Assembly (NCBI RefSeq): GCF_016127575.1
Contig: NZ_CP066020.1
Coordinates: 330,001-362,000 of the forward strand
DNA: 32,000 nt
Direction of reading: 5' to 3'
Origin: Cupriavidus necator
GTDB taxonomy: Bacteria; Pseudomonadota; Gammaproteobacteria; Burkholderiales; Burkholderiaceae
The translations under genes were made by a program, and so were the position numbers. Positions 1-7,132 of this stretch are shown here, piece by piece; the first letter of the stretch is position 1, and every line of letters starts with the position of its first letter. Below the pieces are notes generated by a model that ran no database searches, was not told where the DNA came from, and saw only the letters and a program-made list of their open reading frames with translations.

Positions 1-959
1 CAGGCCGTGGCCAGCGCGAGCAAGGCGACTGCGCTGAAGAACAGCAGGCGGTAGGCGAAGGCGCGGTTCACCTGTGCGAACGCCACCGAGGTCGGGATGC
101 CGACCGCAAGATACCCCTGAGTGGTGATGACCACCCCGCGTGCGCTGCGCAGCGGCGCGAACGCGAACAGGCTGGTCACGCCCTCCAGGTTGGGGAGCTC
201 AACCGTGCCTTCCTCCTGGTGGGAGAGAATGGCTTCGACCAGCGGGTTACCCGCCGCGGCGACCCCCATCCAGCGTCGCCAATCTGGATGCTCGAAGAGC
301 ACGGTGCCGTGGCGGTCGAGCACGATGAGCACGGCATCGGGCGGCAGACGCGCCTCAACGGCCAACTGCTCGAGCCACCTCAGATCGAGTGCGGCGTATA
401 CCACCCCTTTGGGGGAGCCGGTCTCATCGAGGATCGGATAGCCGAAGTTCACACTAGCTTTGCCGGTGATGCGGCCGATCTGGTAATCTCCGATCGCCAG
501 GCCTTTGTACTGCAGCGCACGCTGGAAATAGCCACGATCGGCGAGATTCACCGGTTCGGCCAGGCGCAGCCCGCTGCAGTACACATTGCCTTCCAGGTCC
601 GCAGCGCCCAGATTGGCATAGAAGGGGTACTGCTTAAGGAAATTACCAAACAGAGTACTGCAGGCCGCCTCGGAGCGATCGTGCACCACCGGAATTTGGG
701 CCAGCGCGATGAGCAATTGTCGTGACCCCTCGATGAACCGCTCGTGCTGGCTGATCGTCAGGTGGAGCAGGCGTACGGTATCTTCCTGGACGCGCTTCTC
801 CGCAGCATGCCGCTCCTCAAGGTTCGTGGCAAGAATCAGCAGAAGCATTGGCAGAATGGCAAGCAGCACCAACAGCAGCACCCGCACCCGCAGGCTTCCG
901 GTTTTACCGCTAACGGCAGCCGATGGGCGGAAGGGCCTTTTGAGGCGAGGGACAGACAT
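1..959 (-). CDS. Membrane sensor protein, N-terminal part (Cache-like periplasmic domain between two TM segments); the 3' end lies beyond the left edge
   Basis: Absent from the ORF track because it runs off the edge. The reverse-strand ATG at 959 is preceded by GGAGGG, and the frame stays open to position 1. Translation: MSVPRLKRPF..., TM segment VRVLLLVLLAILPMLLLILA, then YFQRALQYKGLAIGDYQIGRITGKASVNFGYPILDETG (Cache-like), and a second hydrophobic stretch YRLLFFSAVALLALATA at the edge. GC3 bias is strong. Confidence 0.6.
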   Translation of the reverse strand, partial: MSVPRLKRPFRPSAAVSGKTGSLRVRVLLLVLLAILPMLLLILATNLEERHAAEKRVQEDTVRLLHLTISQHERFIEGSRQLLIALAQIPVVHDRSEAACSTLFGNFLKQYPFYANLGAADLEGNVYCSGLRLAEPVNLADRGYFQRALQYKGLAIGDYQIGRITGKASVNFGYPILDETGSPKGVVYAALDLRWLEQLAVEARLPPDAVLIVLDRHGTVLFEHPDWRRWMGVAAAGNPLVEAILSHQEEGTVELPNLEGVTSLFAFAPLRSARGVVITTQGYLAVGIPTSVAFAQVNRAFAYRLLFFSAVALLALATA

Positions 960-1670
960 GAGGTCATTCCCTCCGCGGTACTCGCCCGAGCGCGCTCAAT
1001 GGTCCGCCCTGACCTTCCGGGGGCTGACCCCGTAGGATCGGCTGGGTGGCGCTGACATTCGGCATTCCTCGCTCCGCTCATAGGAAGGTGTCGGTAATGT
1101 CTATCGACGAGCGTTGACCCGGCGCGTCGAAGCTTGCCGTCAGCCAGGCATCGGCACGCTCGCGTCCCAGACGTGCCAACTGCTATCAACTCAGTCCGAG
1201 GACTGGGAGGTCGGACGCTTCGCGTCGTGTCGCCCCGCCTCAGCCTCTCCAGGGCTCACGCGGCCGCGATGTCGCGACGCATCAAGAGCACAGCGCGCTC
1301 AATTCATCATAACCGGAAGGCTTATGGATAGCGGATTGTATCTTGGCCGGCACGCCGAACACCGTTGGCTCAACACTTGCAGCTCCCAATGGATTCGTAA
1401 ATCTTGCGCACCGAATTTTCAAGATATTATTCGAACTGCCCCCCGTTAAAGGCAACGCGGTGGGCGAATTGGTTGACTTGCCGGCGTCCTTAAGGCGTAT
1501 GCTGCTCATTACTTCTCTACGTTGAGATGCCGCGAGGGATCGCACGCCGGAGGTGCATGCGTTGCCAAGGGAGATCGCACGCCTTCAAAGCCCTCTGCTC
1601 GGCAGCACTCACGGCGAGTGCGGGCTTTGTGGCGGCGCCCCAGTGGGTGGGGTGAACTAAGTGGGTGTTG

Positions 1671-1718
1671 TTCCTGCATGCCTCCAGCCACGCCCCACTG
1701 GCTGGCGGCATGCAGGAA
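1671..1718. repeat. Large imperfect palindrome (20-nt arms, 1 mismatch, 8-nt loop), REP-like or cruciform element
   Basis: TTCCTGCATGCCTCCAGCCA (1671-1690) pairs with TGGCTGGCGGCATGCAGGAA (1699-1718). It lies in a 0.9-kb stretch with no convincing ORF. Confidence 0.6.
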
Positions 1719-1946
1719 GCAAAATTATGCAAACCGACGCCTGGCCTGGTCGATGTACGAATGAGGGGCGGCTCAGCGTATTTCATAGGGGCCCGCAGCG
1801 CGCGATACCGGCTGCGAGAAGGCGAATATAGAGCTGCAGCCCACGCTGTCAGTCTGAACACGCGAAAAACTGGCGCAACAGGGACGCGGCTTCAGCAGCG
1901 GTGAAGCCGCGCCCGAAGCGGAGCCACTCTGCTGCCGGTAGGCGGT

Positions 1947-1984
1947 GCCGCTGCTCACGACACGGGAAAAAATCGTAAGTTAAG
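1947..1984 (+). mobile_element. Tn3-family (Tn501/Tn1721-like) 38-bp terminal inverted repeat remnant; only the inner half is conserved
   Basis: GGAAAAAATCGTAAGTTAAG (1965-1984) matches my recollection of the inner 20 nt of the Tn501/Tn1721 IR (GGAAAAAATCGTACGCTAAG) at 18/20. The outer half (1947-1964) has no GGGG terminus. The stop codon of the adjacent recombinase-HTH fragment falls inside it. Confidence 0.35.
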
Positions 1985-2155
1985 CGTGCGCGGAGGCCGG
2001 CACGCAGCAGTAGAGCGTAGGAATGGACACGCCAGGTTCTTGGCCACGTCCTTGGGCGGGACGCCGCTGGCGAGCAGCGCCTTGGCCGACTCGATCTTGC
2101 TGTCCGTCATCTTGGGCTTGCGCCCGCCCTTGCGGCCGAGCCGGTTCTCGCTCAT
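1955..2155 (-). pseudogene. Serine-recombinase (resolvase) C-terminal HTH fragment, frameshifted
   Basis: GRKGGRKPKMTDSKIESAKALLASGVPPKDVAKNL is a typical resolvase/invertase HTH_7 tail. After KNL the frame is lost; restoring one G gives NLGVSIPTLYCCVPASAHA*. There is no catalytic domain. The ATG overlaps the stop of the upstream NTase (ATGA). Confidence 0.55.
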
Positions 2156-2442
2156 ACCGGCCGCGCCTCCGCGAGCACCTTCATCCGGAACTTCGGCGGC
2201 AGGTCGGCAGGCGTCAGCAGATCGACGTGGACGCCAAGCAGCGTTTCCAGCTCGTCTTGCAAGCCGCCCAGGTCGAACAGCGTCGCGCCGGGCAGCGCGT
2301 CGACCAGCAGGTCGAGGTCGCTGCCGTCCCGGTCGGTGCCGTGGAGCACCGAGCCGAACACGCGCAGGTTCGCCGTGCGAAAGCGGCTCGCCGCCTCGCG
2401 GATGGCGCTGCGCTTGAGGTCAAGCACAACGGACGGTCGCAT
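2152..2442 (-). CDS. Nucleotidyltransferase-domain protein (MNT-type antitoxin-like), with no HEPN partner
   Basis: LRVFGSVLHGTDRDGSDLDLLVD is the GS-x(n)-D-x-D minimal NTase motif. AAGGAAAG lies upstream of the ATGs at 2448 and 2442. The track ORF 2152..2499 was trimmed to this start. Confidence 0.8.
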   Translation of the reverse strand: MRPSVVLDLKRSAIREAASRFRTANLRVFGSVLHGTDRDGSDLDLLVDALPGATLFDLGGLQDELETLLGVHVDLLTPADLPPKFRMKVLAEARPV

Positions 2443-2470
2443 GGGCATCTTTCCTTTGAAATTCGGGGAA

Positions 2471-2499
2471 ATGGTATGTAGTTGAGAATAGCATTTCAA
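2471..2499 (-). promoter_or_regulatory. Possible sigma70-type promoter for the NTase gene
   Basis: The minus strand reads TTGAAA, a 17-nt spacer, then TACCAT, about 25 nt upstream of the SD. Sequence resemblance only. Confidence 0.25.
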
Positions 2500-2614
2500 G
2501 AACTATTTTTGAGAAGCTGGGGTATTCCGATCCAACCCAAATGCTGCACGTTCGGAAGGTACTCAGGGGCATCGCCGCGGTCCGTCCCGACGCGGCGTTA
2601 CGAGCCCTAGACTA

Positions 2615-3324
2615 GTGCGCACGCTCGAGGACCCTACGTCAACGCGCTTTGCCGACCACGACACGCTGCGATGTGCGCGTGGCGAAATAGCCGATGAGGT
2701 CGAACCGGCCGCCCGGCGTGTGTTCGGCGCTCAGGGCAGCGCATGGCTCGCGCCCATTTGGCGAACCCTGGCGCGCGCGGCAGAACACCTGCCGTTGTGC
2801 CGGGACGAGGACGAGACCCATGCTGCGCCGCTGTGGCTCAAGGCCGGAGACTGGGTCGCGACCCAGGACGCTGTCGCGCGCATCGAATCGCGGCGCCGGA
2901 TTCCTCCTGCGCTCAGCTGGATGGCCGAGGCACAATATCACCAGCAGGGACTGGAAGCCGTCTGGCCGCTGTTGTCCGAACTCGCATGGCTGTCGCCGCG
3001 CCGCCTTGATGCGCTGATCCGGCGCTTGGTGGATCCTTTGCTGAGGACGTTGCGCAAGACCTTCGACGCCCGTTTCGATGGCGACGGGACGATCGAGGAT
3101 CTGATTTGGTTCCCGGCGGGGTGTTGATCGAAAAGCCGGGCCTAGCCAGCCTGCTGGGCAGGACGCAGCCGTCAACTCACCGCCCGCCAGAGCGGGTCAT
3201 GCGCCTGGTGCTGGAACTGCTGAACCTGGAGCGAAAGGGCCGCCACCACGACCTGGTCGAACGGTGCAAGGCGCTCCAGAGTCTGCATCCGTCGCTCTTC
3301 GCCAAGTACATGAGCAGCCGGTGA
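2615..3324 (+). pseudogene. Hypothetical protein gene interrupted by a -1 frameshift in a G-run
   Basis: ORFs 2615..3127 and 3106..3324 both have coding-like GC3 bias and overlap at GCGGGGTG (G-run 3117-3120). Adding one G gives a continuous ...DLIWFPAGVLIEKPGLASLL...KYMSSR. The first ORF begins with GTG directly after a stop, so the 5' end may also be truncated. Confidence 0.45.
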
Positions 3325-3340
3325 TCTGGACAAGGCGGCT

Positions 3341-3583
3341 TCAAAGCACCGCTTCGAGGCCCTTGCGCTCGATGAGGTTGAGCAGCTTCACAGAGGGGCC
3401 ACTCGGCTTCTTGTCGCCAACCTCCCATTTGCGAACGGTTGACAGGCTGGTGTTCAACACCGAAGCGAGCACCGCTTGGCTCAAGTGCAGATGCTCACGC
3501 AACGCCCGGCGTTCGCGGGATCGGCGAACTGCCCAGGTCGGCAAGGTGTTGCTGGCCGGCGGCAAGCAGTACCGCCGTGTCAT
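3341..3583 (-). CDS. XRE-family HTH protein (antitoxin-like); N-terminus uncertain or possibly truncated
   Basis: The C-terminal LREHLHLSQAVLASVLNTSLSTVRKWEVGDKKPSGPSVKLLNLIERKG resembles the HTH of HigA/YiaG-type regulators. The upstream part of track ORF 3341..3706 looks non-native. The start at 3583 is a guess. Confidence 0.5.
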   Translation of the reverse strand: MTRRYCLPPASNTLPTWAVRRSRERRALREHLHLSQAVLASVLNTSLSTVRKWEVGDKKPSGPSVKLLNLIERKGLEAVL

Positions 3584-3965
3584 GCGCGCCGCGCTCGCTC
3601 GCCAGTACAACACCACCCTGCCTGCCGTACAGGAAACGACCGGCGGCATCGGCATGCAACGCTCGCAACTCGGCGCATTTCTCGACGGTCTCGCGCCGAT
3701 GTTCAACGAACCGATGGGCCATCACCCCAATGGCACGCCGCTCTACCGGCGCTACGGCTGGATCGAAGCCGGTGCCGTGACCCACCTGATCTACCGGGCG
3801 GCCCCTTACCTGCCTACGCTCCAGGCCCGCGTGCTTGCTTTGTTCCAAGGCCCATCCGGACCGACCGCCGATGTTGAGGTCGAGGAACGCTTCCGCGGCG
3901 GTACCAGAATTGGCTCTCGCTGGGTCGGCGTGGCTGATCTCCACCCGCTGCAGGAGGCCGCATGA
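3582..3965 (+). CDS. Hypothetical protein
   Basis: Strong GC3 bias from about 3582 onward (MRAALARQYNTT...LHPLQEAA). The stop overlaps the next ATG (ATGA at 3962-3965). The start is uncertain because the frame is open from 3264. Confidence 0.5.
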   Translation: MRAALARQYNTTLPAVQETTGGIGMQRSQLGAFLDGLAPMFNEPMGHHPNGTPLYRRYGWIEAGAVTHLIYRAAPYLPTLQARVLALFQGPSGPTADVEVEERFRGGTRIGSRWVGVADLHPLQEAA

Positions 3966-4348
3966 GCGAATTCGACAAGGCGTTGCACCAGGAAGCGAAG
4001 GCACTCAGCGTGAACCTCGATGGCACGCCCGAGGCGCTCCTGACCGTGGCGCACGCCGGCTACAAGGCTTGGGCCAAGGAAGGCAACCTGCATTTCCCAG
4101 ACGAAACGCGCTACGCCCTGCTCCATGAGATCCTGCGTTACTGCGCCGACGAGTGTTTGCTTGAGTGCTATCCGTCGCAGGAGCGCCGCCTGCGCGAGAT
4201 TGCCGAGATGCTAGATCAGCGCTATCCGCGCTATGCCTGTACGCGAGCGCGTCTGCGTGCGCGCCGCAATCGCTACGGCAGGATCTGCGACGATGCACGC
4301 CGTGCCCCCCCTGCGTCTGCCAGCAATGATGTCACGTCTCAAAGTTGA
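3962..4348 (+). CDS. Hypothetical protein; the 3' end reads into the inverted repeat of the downstream element
   Basis: Translationally coupled to the upstream ORF, with coding-like codon usage. The last codons (NDVTSQS*) lie within the 17-bp repeat at 4331-4347. Confidence 0.6.
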   Translation: MSEFDKALHQEAKALSVNLDGTPEALLTVAHAGYKAWAKEGNLHFPDETRYALLHEILRYCADECLLECYPSQERRLREIAEMLDQRYPRYACTRARLRARRNRYGRICDDARRAPPASASNDVTSQS

Positions 4349-4940
4349 TGGGAGACCGATCGCAAACAAATCAATGGGTTACAAGGCACCGCCTCAAGTT
4401 AACTGAGCCAAATTCTCACAGAAACTGGTTAAAAGACGCAGCTTGTCTCACAGTAAGTGGGTACACGGAGACGACGGAGTGGAAAGAACCGCGTCGCTCC
4501 ACCTCCCTATCACATGGCCATGTGAAATCGCATACGCGCATGAGCGCGGAGAAAGTGTCCCGGCGAACGGTCGCCACGTGCTTATCCAGTGCGGCTGCGC
4601 GCGCGAGGGCGGCGCCAGAAGAAAATCGCTCGATACGCGAGACAGTCCTCCACGGTCAGCGATGACACCGCACGCCGACGCTCACACACGGCCCAGAGCA
4701 GCATGCGTCCCGCCTCCTTGCCCGGCTTCCCCTGTGGTCTTCAGTGCGCGATCTCACGAGTCCGCACAGGCAGATTCACCGACGACGCTCCAGTCGAAAC
4801 GCTTGTAACCTCACCGACATAGTAGATGCAGACTCCAGCGCGGCGCCCCCCTTCTGACATCATCAGCGCCTTTTACCCATTAACTTTGAGAATCCAACCC
4901 ACTAACTGTGAGACAAAACTCAACAACTTTGAGACGTGAC
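4331..4940. mobile_element. 610-bp module bounded by perfect 17-bp inverted repeats with nested subterminal repeats (MITE-like, or a recombinase/transposase binding-site array)
   Basis: GTCACGTCTCAAAGTTG (4331-4347) is the exact reverse complement of 4924-4940. An inner pair, 4444-4462 and 4897-4915, matches 18/19. Additional CTCAAAGTT / CTCACAG type repeats sit in opposite orientation at the two ends. The interior has visibly lower GC and no convincing ORF. Confidence 0.45.
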
Positions 4941-4942
4941 AG

Positions 4943-5041
4943 CGGATCGCGGGCATGCTCGATGCCGCCTACCCCCGCTACGCCTGTACCCGCGCAAAGC
5001 TCGCCGCGCGCCGCAACCATTATGGGCGGCCGCGATTCTGA
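4943..5041 (+). pseudogene. Diverged orphan copy of the 3' end of the 3962..4348 gene
   Basis: It translates to RIAGMLDAAYPRYACTRAKLAARRNHYGRPRF*, compared with REIAEMLDQRYPRYACTRARLRARRNRYGR in the intact gene (nt 4196-4284). A hairpin CCGCCGC-ATA-GCGGCGG follows it. Confidence 0.5.
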
Positions 5042-5122
5042 ACTCTCGCCTGCAAGCCATATCCGCCGCATAGCGGCGGCAGGGGTGTGGGATGGGTTCA
5101 AATTCAGTATATAACAGCGGGT

Positions 5123-6055
5123 ATGGCAAAAATGGACTCCCTCTGGCTCAGCAATCCCAGCCTGGCCTACCGTGACTGGCAGGCGCGTGAGGCGGCTGGC
5201 TCTGATCGCCGCCCTTTCTCCGCGCGCTCGATCGTCCAGCACCAGGCGATGTTCGAGAACTTCCGACGACACTTGCTGGCGAGGAGCGCGACCGTTGCCT
5301 CATTTGGCACCGCCGATATTGAGTCGTTTTTGCAGACGCCCGACGCTAGGTCATACTCTCCGGCCACACGCATGCGGTACGTGAAGCTGCTGGACCGCCT
5401 GTGCCGGCATCTGGTCTTCGCCGGTGTGCGCCTGGACAACCCAGCCGCCCTGATGCTTTCCGCCGAGCGCTGGCCAGACCAAGAGCCCACACCCCAGTTC
5501 CTTGACGAGGCCGAGGACGGGCGGCTGCAAGCCTATCTTCAATCCCCTGCCGACGATCTGTCCGGCTTGCGTAGCCGGGCGATCGTCGCGATGTTTCTCG
5601 CAACGGGGATTACCGCGGCGGAAGCGCGAGCCGCGCGTTTGGGGGACCTAGTGCCGGATACAAACCCGCCCTATCTCTTCGTGACGGGACATGGGGCGCG
5701 GGACGCGCGCACTGTTCACGTGGCCGAATTCGCTGTATCGCTACTTCAGGCCTGGCATGCCCGCCGCTCAACGCTTCCCGTCCACGGCGACCTGCTTTTT
5801 ACCCTTACCCCGGATGGCCGCCCCATCACCGACATGAGCTTTGGCCGGATCGTGGCCGCCGCGCTGGAAGCGATAGAATTCTCCGGCGTCGAGCCAAGTC
5901 CCCGCACGCTGCGCAATACTTTTTGCCGGCGTCAGCTGCTCGCTGGCTGTACGCACGACGACGTGACCCGGATCTTAGGACTTGCCAGCAATCGCACTTG
6001 CGACCGCATTGCCGCTACCATTTCGGCTGCCCGACGGCGAAAAATCCTGAAATGA
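5123..6055 (+). CDS. Tyrosine-recombinase (XerC/XerD/phage-integrase)-like protein with degenerate catalytic residues
   Basis: Overall XerD-like layout: ...FLATGITAAEA..., ...GHGARDARTVHV..., ...SPRTLRNTFCRRQLL..., ...ILGLASNRTCDRIA.... Start taken at MAKMDS (5123). The track ORF begins at a GTG at 5087. Confidence 0.7.
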   Translation: MAKMDSLWLSNPSLAYRDWQAREAAGSDRRPFSARSIVQHQAMFENFRRHLLARSATVASFGTADIESFLQTPDARSYSPATRMRYVKLLDRLCRHLVFAGVRLDNPAALMLSAERWPDQEPTPQFLDEAEDGRLQAYLQSPADDLSGLRSRAIVAMFLATGITAAEARAARLGDLVPDTNPPYLFVTGHGARDARTVHVAEFAVSLLQAWHARRSTLPVHGDLLFTLTPDGRPITDMSFGRIVAAALEAIEFSGVEPSPRTLRNTFCRRQLLAGCTHDDVTRILGLASNRTCDRIAATISAARRRKILK

Positions 6056-6165
6056 TCGGGGTTTCAGCGCATCTCACTATTGCACTCGCGCTTGCATTTG
6101 CTATTCTTCGCGGATGCGATGTACGCGATATCCCGCGCGCACGCATTTCTTAATCAGGTACGACT

Positions 6166-6609
6166 ATGGCCACGAAAGCATCCGCGAAGACTGCAACGAA
6201 GACCGCCGCAAAGAAGGCTGCCCCCGCAAAGAAGGCTGCCCCGGCGAAGAAAGCCGCTCCGGCTAAGAAGGCTGCCGCAGCCTCCCCGGTTGCCAAGCCG
6301 CTGAAGGACACCTTCAACAAGTCGAGCCTCCTCGCCCATCTGGTCGCCCAGACCGAACTGGACAAGAAGACTGTCCAAACCGTTCTGACTCACCTGGAAA
6401 ACACCATGGTGAGCGCGATCCACAAGAAAGGCGCAGGCGAGTTCACCTTCCCCGGCCTGTTCAAGGTCTCGGCCATCCAGGTTCCGGCCACGAAAAAGCG
6501 CTTCGGCAAGAATCCGTTCACGGGCCAAGAGCAGTGGTTCGCCGCCAAGCCGGCCAGCGTGAAGGTGAAGGTTCGCGCGATGAAGAAGCTGAAGGACGCC
6601 GCGATGTAA
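6166..6609 (+). CDS. HU/IHF-family DNA-binding protein with an N-terminal Lys/Ala-rich histone-H1-like tail
   Basis: The N-terminal KKAAPAKKAAPAKKAAPAKKAAAA repeats are followed by an HU fold signature: ...GEFTFPGLFKVSAIQVPATKKRFGKNPFTGQEQWFAAKPASVKVKVRAMKKLKDA. Confidence 0.85.
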   Translation: MATKASAKTATKTAAKKAAPAKKAAPAKKAAPAKKAAAASPVAKPLKDTFNKSSLLAHLVAQTELDKKTVQTVLTHLENTMVSAIHKKGAGEFTFPGLFKVSAIQVPATKKRFGKNPFTGQEQWFAAKPASVKVKVRAMKKLKDAAM

Positions 6610-6638
6610 TCGCTACGGTTCCCGCGAACCAAAGGAAA

Positions 6639-6675
6639 AGCCCCGAGATTTTGCTGATCTCGGGGCTTTTTTTTC
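6639..6675. terminator. Bidirectional rho-independent terminator between convergent genes
   Basis: AGCCCCGAGAT (6639-6649) pairs with ATCTCGGGGCT (6657-6667). It is followed by T8 on the plus strand and preceded by an A-rich run that serves the minus strand. Confidence 0.7.
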
Positions 6676-6740
6676 GTAGGCTCTCTGAGAAGAGAGAGTG
6701 CTGAGGCGTAGCAAATTACCACCACGCCAACTTGGAAGTG

Positions 6741-6938
6741 CTACAGATCGGCGAGATAGGCGATTGCGCATCCGCCGTCCGTGCCGGCCAGGCGTTGGCC
6801 CTCACGACAGACGGAGAAATCAACTACCTTGCGTTCGATCTCGCTGGCCAACTCGCGCAATTGCTGCGCGGCTTCGGCGGGACCGGCCGTCCCCTGAAAC
6901 GTTGGGCCACCAATATCAATGTCGACAATGAGGTGCAT
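6741..6938 (-). CDS. Small hypothetical protein (65 aa)
   Basis: ATG at 6938 with GAGG 7 nt upstream. MHLIVDIDIGGPTFQGTAGPAEAAQQLRELASEIERKVV.... The opposite-strand ORF 6732..7043 looks less protein-like. Confidence 0.45.
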   Translation of the reverse strand: MHLIVDIDIGGPTFQGTAGPAEAAQQLRELASEIERKVVDFSVCREGQRLAGTDGGCAIAYLADL

Positions 6939-6947
6939 GATCTGACC

Positions 6948-7064
6948 TCACGCGGTAATCCGGCCGGCAGCAATTTCTCGTTGGATCTGTTGCATGCCAA
7001 GCTCGATGGAAGCAGCCACAAGCCGCTCCTGTTCCTCACTTAGAATATGGTTGTTCGAAGTCAT
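6948..7064 (-). CDS. Possible 38-aa micro-ORF upstream of the 65-aa ORF
   Basis: MTSNNHILSEEQERLVAASIELGMQQIQREIAAGRITA*. It ends 10 nt before the next ATG and is below the track length cutoff. No clear SD. Confidence 0.25.
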   Translation of the reverse strand: MTSNNHILSEEQERLVAASIELGMQQIQREIAAGRITA

Positions 7065-7075
7065 AGTTGGAGCCA

Positions 7076-7112
7076 GAAAAGAAAAGCCCGCTCCCCTTTC
7101 GGAGATGCGGGC
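7076..7112 (-). terminator. Rho-independent terminator after the SbcC-like gene
   Basis: The minus strand reads GCCCG(cat)CTCC-GAAAG-GGAGCGGGC followed by TTTTCTTTTC, 21 nt after the stop at 7133. Confidence 0.55.
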
Positions 7113-7132
7113 GTGTTGGATGATGGGCAGCC

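Noticed and set aside
1114-1904. Several 60-115-aa ORFs on both strands between the sensor gene and the Tn3-like remnant
   Set aside because: They overlap one another, lack SDs and any recognisable motif, and the region contains a large palindrome and direct repeats. It is treated as non-coding or degraded DNA.
4443-4808. 121-aa ORF (and 4345..4665, 4589..4822) inside the 610-bp module, considered as a possible transposase or small-protein gene
   Set aside because: There is no SD, the composition is Arg/Ser/Pro-rich and non-protein-like, the ORFs overlap each other in different frames, and no transposase motif (DDE or HUH) is visible.
6205-6265. Tandem 15-nt DNA repeats, considered as a possible VNTR or CRISPR-like array
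   Set aside because: They lie in-frame inside the HU-like gene and encode the AKKAAP low-complexity tail. There are no spacers and no array structure.
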